Both the position numbers and the translations under genes were made by a program. Below, one piece after another: positions 12,758 through 22,935 of a stretch of 49,626 nucleotides of DNA. The stretch comes from Girardia tigrina. Its lineage: Eukaryota. The DNA lies in assembly GCA_001938485.1 (NCBI GenBank), contig MQRK01231093.1, forward strand, positions 4,722-54,347. Direction: 5' to 3'. The notes under the pieces were generated by a model. It was not told the origin of the DNA. It worked only from the letters and a program-made list of their open reading frames with translations, and did not search any database. Each line of letters starts with the position of its first letter. Position 1 is the first letter of the stretch.

Positions 12758-13116
12758 TGAATTAACATTTTAATCAATATTTAGACTTTAAAATGGAGCT
12801 GCAAAAATATTTGACCTGAGAGCGCTGAAATCGGATTCAGTGAATAAATATATATTTTGGAATAAAATAACCTGTATTAACATTTTCACAGTTGTGATAT
12901 TAATTGTCAAGTACTAATTTGATTCTTATGTCTGAACTTATAAAATCTGATTACTTGCTTTACCTTGACATCGTAAACATAACTTTATTCAGAGATTATT
13001 GATGTTAAACAATCAATATTCAAAATTGGGTTATTTAAAAGTTAACCGGTTTTTCAGATACTTCTTTTAATATTGAACATAAAATTAATGAAACATTTTT
13101 AATGAAGTTTTTTTAG

Positions 13117-13326
13117 GAAGTTTCCAGATTATTTTTATACAATTACCGAAACATTACCTCAGAATCCAAATATACGTTTGGCAATTATTATGATTGATAC
13201 CGTGATGTTATGTGGGCAATCTGGTTCTGATTTCAAGGAAGATCAGACTTTTGAACCAGTGATCAGTCAATCTTCCTCTAAAAATTGCTTGAAATACATT
13301 GAAAATGAACTCATAAAATATAACAA
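13117..13326 (+). CDS. ACP5: ACP5-like exon (W-FP-YFY, IDT-LCG)
   Basis: [39 protein letters not shown]...[10 protein letters not shown]; canonical splice sites; followed by a 43-nt intron. Confidence 0.93.
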
Positions 13327-13369
13327 GTACAAAGAAAGGTTATAATCATATTACTTTATATATTTTTAG

Positions 13370-13517
13370 ATATACCTATGTAATCGTCGCGGGGCATTAT
13401 CCAGTTTGGTCTGTTTCTCATCATGGGCCAACTAAATGTTTGGTAGAAAATCTAGACATTCTTCTGAAAAAATACAATGTATCTGCGTATATGAATGGTC
13501 ATGACCACACTTTGGAA
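13370..13517 (+). CDS. ACP5: ACP5-like exon (VAGHYP, HGPT-CL, GHDH motifs)
   Basis: [49 protein letters not shown]; canonical splice sites. Confidence 0.95.
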
Positions 13518-14499
13518 GTAAATATTTCTTAATAAGTACAATCCAAAAATAACTCTACTTTATGAAGTTAAAATTATTTTAGTTAAAATTGAACTCTACA
13601 TCATCCATCACTATTTATCCCGTATTTAATTACTACAAAAATAGGGAAACACTAAAATTAAAAGATTTTCAAAACATCAATGTGACTTTTAAATCATTTT
13701 TAGAATTGTCCTCATATTAATTATCAGAAAAACTTAAATTAATTTAATGATAAAAATTTTCTGAATCAAAAAACGGGATTTTAATGAATGCGTTGGTAAT
13801 TAAATTAAATTATGTACCTAAATTAATTGATTTAAAGAATTTCGGAGATTATTATACTCATTGTAAAAGAGCTAACTGAAAACGTGTTTCAGTGAACTCC
13901 TTTAACGTAAAAAAATAAAGATAAATATGTATAGAACTTTTATTTTTACACAATATAAATAAACATATATAACAAAAAAATCACATACGAGAGAGAGAGA
14001 ACGGCACAGATAAATCTCGATTACGATTTGTGTTTGTTGTTCAAAGGTTTCAAGGAATGATCTTCTATTGAAACAATATCGATGGAAACGTCAGAGAATC
14101 ATTATGTTGCACAACGAGATTTTGAGAAAATAGAGCACATGAAGAGGAGCACTTTCAGGGGGAATATTGATAAATTGGTTTGCAGAAAACTCCTTTAAGA
14201 ACCGATTTTACAGGAAAACGCCTCGCAGGCAATATAGTATAATTGTAAACAGTAATATTTATGATTGTTTTTATTGATTGTTTTTATATATATAATTTTA
14301 TATATAATTTACTATATATAATTTATATATAATAATTGACTGGGTCACTACACTCATAATCTTTTAAATAACTCGATATAGATATAAATAGATATAGTAA
14401 TTTAATTTATAAATCAGCTGTCTATCTAGAAGAAACACAATCCCAAATCAACGCACAATCTTCAAACACAAAATATCAAACATTTAAACGTTCATCAAA

Positions 14500-15320
14500 A
14501 TGTCAAATTTTCGTCGACCGTCAAAGTAAGATGTTGATAACTTGCTAGTTGATTTTGATGTCAGAAATAATCAATCCAGATTTCATATTTAATTTTAGAA
14601 TTGGCAAATCGGTGCTTCATCATCTTCAATGACTTACGTTTTGCTTAAGAAAAGCCACTCACAGAACCACACGTGTTCAAATAAGTTTAAGTTACAAAAA
14701 TCGTAAAAATTTGACATGAGCAGCTCAAAATTCCGAAAAACGACTAATTCTGAAATCGCGTTGTGATTTTTGATTAGAAATTGATTTATCTGGTCAATCA
14801 AACCTAAAGCAACGTCATTAGTCCAGTGTCAAGATAAATTTACTCAAGAAGGTAATGATTTGGGTTTGGTGGAACTTTGAAGATGTTTTGCACTTTGGGC
14901 TTGTTCTGAATAATTATGTCATCAATTCAGGACTATACTGCCAGCAATTAGATCGTGTTGCAAAAACTTGGTTGAGATATATCGAAATTTGGTCTTTCAA
15001 AAGAGTATTTATTTCAAAAGGATAATACGAAACCAGATTTTACTAAGAGGACTAAACAGAAGTTTGAAGAGTTCTACGATGTTAAAGTTTCGCCACATCT
15101 TGCATATATGTTTCCTCATCTGGCTATGGTCTTTACGATCGCTGCAGCACGTTTCGAAAGGTCACCGATTCGAATCTTTTGAGGAAGTTGCAGAAGTGCG
15201 TCAACAGTATTTTTGTAGAAGCCATCCGAGTGGTACTAATTCAAATTAAAACAAATTCAGATGCTTGCAGACCAATGGTAGAAGTAGTAGAAACTGATGG
15301 ATCGTACTTTGAGGAATAGT
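14500..15320 (+). mobile_element. Decayed mariner transposase (in last ACP5 intron)
   Basis: 'KKVMIWVWWNFEDVLHFGLVLNNYVINSGLYCQQLDRV' and 'LRSLQHVSKGHRFESFEEV' match the mariner core and C-terminus. Confidence 0.8.
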
Positions 15321-15836
15321 TTGTTTTGTTATTAATAAATAGTTTTTTTAATATTCATTTATAAGTGGTTACTTTAATTAGATATTGATTGAAAAAAAAT
15401 AGAATTCTTCGTATCTACCTTCGTACCTTTTTATTTGATTTCTTCAAATTATTTTAGAATTGTATTTAGATTATCGTAAAATATCAAATTAATTCATCTA
15501 TAATACAAATAAGTACATATTATTTATAATTTAAATTTTTTAATAAGAATTATTTTACGTGTCCGAATACATATGAATTTGGGTAGTATAACAGAACGTG
15601 TGGGATAACTTAGTATAAAAAAGAAAATAATTATTTAATGGTGAACGATATATTGATAACACATTAAAAACAATGACAACAAGTCAGTTATATTTTTCAA
15701 ATTTTGTGGCCCATCCTTTGACAAACTCATTTTGTAGGTTCATTAAATATAATGCCTTAGATTATAATTTATTTACGGAATTACAACCTTTTCTACTATA
15801 ATTTTACGTATAAATACTTAATACTAATAATTTTAG

Positions 15837-16085
15837 CATATTCAAGTACTCTATGGAGCAAATATGTCTATGAATTATTTTACTATTGGAGCGAGTAACT
15901 TTTTTGATAACAGTAAAAAGAATGAAGACAAAATTCCCAAAGGCAGTTTAAAATTCCATTGGTTAAATTATCATCGCAAAGGAGGTTTTGCATCAGTCGA
16001 CGTTACAGAGAATTTTTTGACTGTAACGTTCCTATCGACGAACAATAAAACTCTCTATACAACAAAAATAAAACCAAGGATTTGA
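15837..16085 (+). CDS. ACP5: ACP5-like terminal coding exon
   Basis: HIQVLYGANMSMNYFTIGASNF...IPKGSLKFHW...GGFASVDVTENFLTVTFLSTNNKTLYTTKIKPRI*; acceptor ttttag, phase 0; matches the TRAP C-terminal pattern. Confidence 0.92.
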   Translation, partial: HIQVLYGANMSMNYFTIGASNFFDNSKKNEDKIPKGSLKFHWLNYHRKGGFASVDVTENFLTVTFLSTNNKTLYTTKIKPRI

Positions 16086-16185
16086 CTTTCATGAAATAAC
16101 ATCAATGGACATTGAAGTTGTATTTACTTTTAATCGAATAAATAATGAATAAATCTGTCTAACTGTTTTTGATAATCATTTGATG

Positions 16186-16219
<34 letters not shown>

Positions 16220-16269
16220 NNNNNNNNNNNNNNNNNNNNNNNNNNNNNNNNNNNNNNNNNNNNNNNNNN

Positions 16270-16301
<32 letters not shown>

Positions 16302-16439
16302 CGAAAATATAATTTGATTAAAGCTTTTTTTATATAATTATTGGACATGTTTTAATGTTTACATACATCATCATCAGTAATTTTTGGATGTTTAGTATAT
16401 GAATATTGAATTGTTTGAATAATACAATTTTAATAGAAC

Positions 16440-17293
16440 CAACGATAGCTTCTGTTTTTCTTTCAAAGATTGAAAATAAAATTAAACTGTTTGATGTAAA
16501 TCAACCTTTAGTATCTAAACGATACGTTGATGATATATTCCTATTACGAGACTGGAATTTATAGGAAGCAAACTGATACAGGTTTATATACTTCACCAGA
16601 TAGGTTTTGTGAACTTAAGTATAAGAGAAACATGATTAAAGGTTTAATTTATCGTTCCTGGTCGTTGTCTTCCATTTTTGTTAAATCTGTAAAAAGTGCT
16701 AATAAACTAAGTTCGTTGTTAAATAAGAATGGCTATTCTAAATCTTTTCTAGAAAAATTAATAAAGGAAACAGTAGATAAAATAATTTTGAAAGATTTTT
16801 CGAAAAATCAGAGTTTGGCTTCTCCTGATGGATCTAAGAAAGAAATCGAAGGATCATTAGATATGAATAATATGCCCAAATATTGTTTAATTGTACCTTA
16901 TTCTTAAGGATTTAAAAACTTTATAAATGCATTGTTAAAAGCAACTTACAATGAATTAAATTTAAAAATTATATCACGATCTCATAAAGTTCAAAATATG
17001 TTCAGTAATAAATCTATTACACCTTTAACACTTTGTTCTGATATTGTTTATCAATTCACATGTAATGGGTGCAATGCCACATACATCGGAGAGACTGCCC
17101 GTCATCGCTGCAAACGAGTCCAGGAACACAGTCAAAAAGGGGGAAAGAGTAATATTGCTGAGCATAAAAAAACGTGTAAATGTAATATGAGCATAAATGA
17201 TTTTAAGATTTTGTGCAAGCATTTTAAAAATTATTGGGAGAGAGTGTCATGTGAAGCATTGTTGATAAGATCATGTGATCCTAAAATCAATGT
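16440..17293 (+). mobile_element. Penelope-like element fragment (RT C-terminal part + GIY-YIG endonuclease), 3' truncated
   Basis: 'KRYVDDIF', 'TGIYRKQTDTGLY...KYKRNMIKGLIYRSW...KNGYSK', 'IVPYS', 'IVYQFTCNGCNATYIGETARH..RVQEH...EALLI...PKIN'. Confidence 0.92.
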
Positions 17294-17896
17294 ACTTTGG
17301 TTATTAAAAGAAGATTTTCATTCGGACTTCCTTTTATCAATAATTAAAATTAAGTTTAATATTTTTAAAAATTAAATATTTTATAAAAATTTTGAAAATG
17401 GTTCGAATAATCATGATTAAAAATAAATAATAAAACCAATTAGAACGATGACAAAGGATGAAAGACCTTCTGAGAGTCGTAATGACTCTAAATGTGATAG
17501 TAATAAAAATTCAAATGATACTTTGTCTCAATGTTCTTAATAATGAAAATAATGTTTCATTTTAATTTAATCTTAAATATTGTTTTTACCTAGATCTTGT
17601 AAATCTATATAAATCTTGTAAATCTATGTTATATTTAACTATTTAATTCGCAGTCCGCAAATTAAAATAAACTATCTCATAATTTTAATCATAAAATATT
17701 ATTTCAACGAATTCTGTTCAGTGTTAAATTTACAGAAAATATAATTTTCTTTTGTTATTTAATTGTTTTCTACATTTTTAAGGATTTAATGTACCCCTGA
17801 TTTTTTTAGACAATGTATTATAAATTTAAAAACCGATCACACATTGTCATGAGACGGAACTATACTATGTAAATGTAAAAATAATATGTGTATATA

Positions 17897-18212
17897 TGTG
17901 ATGCTGGCCACCGGACCGAGCTGTCGCAACTAGCATCTCTTTAATGTGCCGGAATTTGGTGCCCGATAAGATCGGCATATCGATTCAACGGCGGCTGTAT
18001 CCCAGTCGGTTCCAGCGAGTAACAGCAACAGACTCAGTAGACCGGTTAGTCATGTCGCGGATTGACCGTACGGTTTCTATCTGTCCGATTAGTGCGGTCA
18101 TGTCGACCAGTTGAACACCATCGAATCGGGAGGGATAATACGGGGTTCAGTCAGACCGGTTCGTGTTGTCATTGAGCAGTGTGATTCCGCAAATGACGCA
18201 TGGTGTTGCGCG
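17897..18212 (-). repeat. Solo-LTR-like GC-rich segment related to the LTR at 24244-24505
   Basis: Its minus-strand 3' end 'cacattaaagagatgct...ctcggtccggtggccagcatcaca' resembles 'cacaattaagaggtgct...ctcggtccggcagtcggctcttca' just before the PBS at 24507. Right boundary uncertain. Confidence 0.5.
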
Positions 18213-18939
18213 TTATTATTTTTTAGTTATTTCCAAGTAAGTAACACGTACTTGTAAAAATTTATTTTTATTTGAGAAATATGAAATTGTTACACCAAAT
18301 TATTTTGTGTTGCTTTAATCAAACAAAAGTTAAAAGTAAAAGTTTTTTCAATTTTTTTTCATTTTTTTGTCAGTTTTCCTGAGCACTACAATATATTTTC
18401 TGCGTCCACCCTGTATATAATCTATATAATTAATTATATTTTATTAAAAGTGTTTATTGAAAAGGAATTATTTATAAATGTAATTATTCATTTTCTTTTA
18501 TATCATAAATGTATAATTTTGTGTGATCAAAGCATTACTACGAACAAAGCAGATGAATTATTTTAAAGCATGTTTAAAATTTTAGATATATGATTAAATC
18601 GTTTTTAACTATTTACAAAGTTTTCAATTACTTTATTTTATTACAATAAAGAAGCCATAATGGTGAAACTAGTTTGTTTTATTACTAAATGTAATGAGAA
18701 ATGGCTTTTCTTTTAATTTAGTAATACTTATCTTGAAAAATAAATAATACAGTGCACTCCGTATATATCGAAGATATGTTATTGTACTGACATATAATGA
18801 ATGTTGAGAATAATTGTAAACTGTTGGCTGACTGATAAATCCAAGTGTATAAAATTTAATAATAATCATGATGATAATTATTTATTAATATTATTCAAAA
18901 TTAATCTTTTTTTTACATTAAAAATCAGTGATGTTTTTG

Positions 18940-19892
18940 TTTAAAAACAAATAAACACCATTTGAAAATATATTTCGTGATAATATATTTCGACGGTTTA
19001 ACCGTCATCATCAGATCACTGATTATGTTCTTTTTTACTGCTTTTATATAAGAAATGAATGATTATGCAATCAATTACGTAAGTCTAATCGAAAACGCTT
19101 AACAAATTAGTTGATAGTGCTGTTTGAACATTGATTTTAGGATCACATGATCTTATCAACAATGCTTCACATGACACTCTCTCCCAATAATTTTTAAAAT
19201 GCTTGCACAAAATCTTAAAATCATTTATGCTCATATTACATTTACACGTTTTTTTATGCTCAGCAATATTACTCTTTCCCCCTTTTTGACTGTGTTCCTG
19301 GACTCGTTTGCAGCGATGACGGGCAGTCTCTCCGATGTATGTGGCATTGCACCCATTACATGTGAATTGATAAACAATGTCCGAACACAATCCTAAAGGA
19401 GTATGTGATTTATTGCAAAACATATTCTCAACTTTAAATGATTGAGAAATAATTTTTAAATTTAAAATGTTAAATTCTTGAGGTGTTTAAAACCCTCGGA
19501 GTAAGATAAGCTTAGAGTATACCCAGGTGTAAAGCAGTTTTCAATGTTTAAACTATTAATTTTTTCATTTTTGATTTTTTCTTTTTCGATTATTCTATCT
19601 ACAGTCTCACGAATGAGTCTGTCTATGATGGACTTAGAGTAACCGTTATTATTCAATAACTTGCGCAATGTATCAATACTTTTAATAGACTTTGAAAACG
19701 TGGAAGAAAGATATCGATACATAAAATATAGTACAGTTTTTATGATACGATCTCTTAAGGTTAGTATTTCAGAATTAAACTAACTGATGGAGCGTATCGA
19801 TCAGTGAATTTACTTCTGCAAATATTGATCGAGAAACAAGAGCAGTATAACAAACCTTTGATCATATTCCTTTTATATTTAAACTCACAAAA
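18940..19892 (-). mobile_element. 5'-truncated Penelope-like element (RT thumb, GIY-YIG ORF end at 19085, 3' pLTR with hammerhead)
   Basis: 'FCEFKYKRNMIKGLLY', 'NNGYSKS', 'LSYSEGF', ORF 19423-19085 with the GIY-YIG motif; ~125-bp unrelated insert near 19720-19845. Confidence 0.92.
18977..19019 (-). ncRNA. Minimal type I hammerhead ribozyme in Penelope pLTR
   Basis: Minus strand GUGAU-CUGAUGA-U-GACGG-UUAAA-CCGUC-GAA-AUAUAU-U-AUCAC: helix I GUGAU/AUCAC, intact core, helix II GACGG/CCGUC, palindromic helix III. Confidence 0.85.
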
Positions 19893-20236
19893 AAGGGGGA
19901 AAGAGTAATATTGCTGAGCATAAAAAAACGTGTAAATGTAATATGAGCATAAATGATTTTAAGATTTTGTACAAGCATTTTAAAAATTATTGGGAGAGAG
20001 TGTCATGTGAAGCATTGTTGATAAGATCATGTGATATAAAATCAATGTTCAAACAGCACTCTCAACTAATTTGTTAAAAGTTTTCGATTATACTTACGTA
20101 ATTGATTGCATAATCATTCATTTCTTATATAAAAGCAATAAAAAAGAATATAATCATTGATCTGATGATGACGGTTAAACCGTCGAAATATATTATCCTA
20201 AAATATATTTTTAAATGGCGTTTATTTGTTTTTAAT
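19890..20236 (+). repeat. Inverted Penelope pseudo-LTR (endonuclease 3' end + 3' UTR)
   Basis: Highly similar reverse complement of ~18940-19287; directly abuts the 5' truncation point of the minus-strand copy. Confidence 0.9.
20157..20199 (+). ncRNA. Minimal type I hammerhead ribozyme (second copy, weakened helix I)
   Basis: ttGAT-CTGATGA-T-GACGG-TTAAA-CCGTC-GAA-ATATAT-T-ATCct; core and helix II identical to the 18977-19019 copy; helix I only 3 bp. Confidence 0.8.
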
Positions 20237-20515
20237 AAAAAATTGCCATCTTCTTTCAAGTTTATTTGTAATATTTTTGTTTCTCTCTATTTTTTTGTGA
20301 TTTATCCCCCTTGTAATCTATTAACTATCTTGACAATTTTTTTTATCTGTTATTATCAACGGTTGTACATTTAATTATAATTTTTATAGTTTCCATCAAT
20401 ACTTTATTTTAGTTATTGTATTAATCATGAGATTGCGTTGTCGAGTTAGTGAAGATCTTTGACTCATTAGCTCGTTTCCGTAATAGCCTAAGCATCACCT
20501 TCCATTACCTAAGCA

Positions 20516-20560
<45 letters not shown>

Positions 20561-20845
20561 ATTATAATTGCGACCTGGAGCGTCGGTCAAAAGCCAAATA
20601 ATTTTTCTTTAATAATAAAAAAAACAAAAATGATGAAAATGACAAAAAAATAACAAAAACAATGAAAAAAATGGAAACAATGAATAAAAAAATAAGAAAG
20701 GTGGATAATACACTACTTAGGCTATATCGAAGTTTTTGGCAAATGCCTCTTCGATATATGCGGAGTTCACTGTATTCTATTTTGTCTTTAATTTCAATTA
20801 TAATTGCATTACTATTTCTCTTTATGAAAACATTTAAGATTGGGC

Positions 20846-21217
20846 TTAAATATAATCAATATTTACTATTCTGCCTCTGTCTAAGGGACAAGTTGGATTT
20901 ATAAAGTACCAATCTGTGAAACAATTTATACACAGTCGGTGATTACAATCTCTTATCACAACGACTTCTTCTAGAAGAATCTTGAAGCAAATTGGACATT
21001 CATCATTTGCATTTTTCTCTAAACTTTTCTTATATTTTCTTTTTTCTAAATATGTCGAATAATTAATTATATTATATACTTGTTTTGATTGACTTTTTTC
21101 TAAAGAAATTCGATTTCTATTTTTGATATTTAATTGATTGTATTTTTTATTAATTTTGATGTGTAATAATTTATTGAATTGATATTTTTGATTACTTTTA
21201 TTTATTTTAGTCTTCAT
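20846..21217 (-). CDS. Small intronless RING-finger protein (C3HC3D variant), putative E3 ligase
   Basis: CPIC-x11-CNH-x2-CINC-x3-W-x6-CPLDR at the C-terminus of a 123-aa ORF with a K/N-rich N-terminus. Confidence 0.7.
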   Translation of the reverse strand: MKTKINKSNQKYQFNKLLHIKINKKYNQLNIKNRNRISLEKSQSKQVYNIINYSTYLEKRKYKKSLEKNANDECPICFKILLEEVVVIRDCNHRLCINCFTDWYFINPTCPLDRGRIVNIDYI

Positions 21218-21859
21218 ATAATTTCGATATGTTAAACTTTGTTGACAGCAAAAGATACGTATGAAAGATGTATAAAATAAATCAAATATGGAAATAATTA
21301 TTATAATAATATTTATTTCTTGAATTTATATTGGTTCAAATTAAAAATAAATTTTTATAATTTTTTGAATTTTTTCTATTTTTATTTGTTAAAGTCTAAT
21401 ATCAAAATATAATATCCAATTCCCCAGCATCAAATTTTCGTAAATTTAAGTAAAAGTAAAATCATTTTTGATAGATAGGGTAAGGTTGCTCAAGTGACAT
21501 ATTACTTTATACCGTAAGCAAGCCCCTTTGTAAATTTTAGTTCACAAAAATTTATTTTATTTACATGGTATTTTGATTAGATTCTGATTAGTGTTCTTGG
21601 GAACTGAGAAGTTGAGCAGCAGATGGTTCTTTGATGTTCATTTGTACTGAGGTGACACATCAGCCTATGTACACAAATAGTTACCCATCTGTCAGATATA
21701 GGTTGAAGTGTTTATGTTTGCAGCATAGATGAGAAAGAGCTAACAATTAAACACTTATACTTATTACTCTGAATAGAGTATTACCATATATCAGCTAACA
21801 CAATAGGACATTGACAGAAAAAAAGTAAAAACTGCTAACACGATGATATAAAAATTAAA

Positions 21860-22160
21860 TTTGTTACTCAACACTGTTAATATTGGTATTATGTATTGTT
21901 TAAGTAGCATTTCGTGTTTGCGGGAGTGTCCTGATGGAGAAATTTCAGACATTTTCAAGTCGGTGGCCTATCCATGTGTAATTTCTGTAAGGTCAGACAT
22001 GACTCAATACAAGATATCGTTGCCAAGGAACTATCCGCTTTTACCGACGCAGAATTCTATGTTAATGAGGTGCGCCGGTTTGTGACATCACACTTAAGAG
22101 TGGACCGCCAAATATGTTTTCGGGTGAAGCGTATAATTCATCTTATAGATATGAAATGCC
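21860..22160 (+). mobile_element. Non-LTR retrotransposon remnant, restriction-like endonuclease type (R2/NeSL-like)
   Basis: Degraded zinc knuckle 'SCLRECPDGEISDIF' followed by 'RHDSIQDIVAKEL...FYVN...LRVDRQI...IIHLIDMKC', the RHD...PD...D.K pattern. Confidence 0.55.
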
Positions 22161-22317
22161 TGAAATCAGTTTATTGTCTGAAACCATTTTTATTGGTTAT
22201 TTTCTACCTTTTTATTATATTTTATTCATTTTTATATAGAATGCATATTATAATGGTTTATTGTCCTAAGAAAAAGTTAACAGGTATATATATATATATA
22301 TAATACATAATAATGTA

Positions 22318-22935
22318 CAGGGTAATCATAAAGTTATTACCGGGTTTTAAACTGTAATAACTTTTGAATTATTTGGTATTTCCTTTTCATTATAAAGACA
22401 TCTTGAAGTTTATTCTTTAAAATTTAATTAAAGGTACATTTTGTTTAAATGTATTAATAATTGTTATTGTTTTAAGCGTAATATTCAAAATGGATGTAAA
22501 TCAGCGTGTAAAAATTGTTATTTTATTTGCGAAGCATGAGTCAGTGACTTTAGTAAGAAGAGAAATTCAACGACTTAAATGGAAAAATATTTCAATCGTA
22601 AAAAGTATTAGAAGCATCTTCAAAAAGTTTGAAGAAACAGGAAGCATTCTAAATGCCCCAAAATCTGGAAGACCACCAATTGATGATGAAAAGGAAAATG
22701 AGATAGCAGAAAGTTTTAAGCAAGAACCCCAGTCTTCTATCAGGAAATCGTTGTCAACTCTGAATTGCTCTAAGGGAACTGTTCAAAAATTATTACGAAA
22801 CGACTTAAAAATGTTACCCTACAGAATTCATGCCACACAACTTTTAGATGAAGAAGATTGCGCTCTTAGACGTATTATGTGTGAAACGTTAATTCAATCG
22901 ATAGACGCAGATGAAAATTTTCTTAGTAACCGAAA
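22318..22935 (+). mobile_element. Tc1/mariner-superfamily element: 5' TIR and truncated transposase (DUF4817-like HTH)
   Basis: TA|CAGGGT.. terminus at 22316-22323; ORF from 22490 'ESVTLVRRE...KKFEETGSILNAPKSGRP...SSIRK...KGTVQKLLRNDLKMLPYRI...DENFL' breaks before the first catalytic D. Confidence 0.85.

Noticed and set aside
17470-17495. ctga-gagtc-gtaat-gactc hairpin downstream of the Penelope fragment
   Set aside because: The core is incomplete and GAAA is missing; not distinguishable from a chance hairpin.
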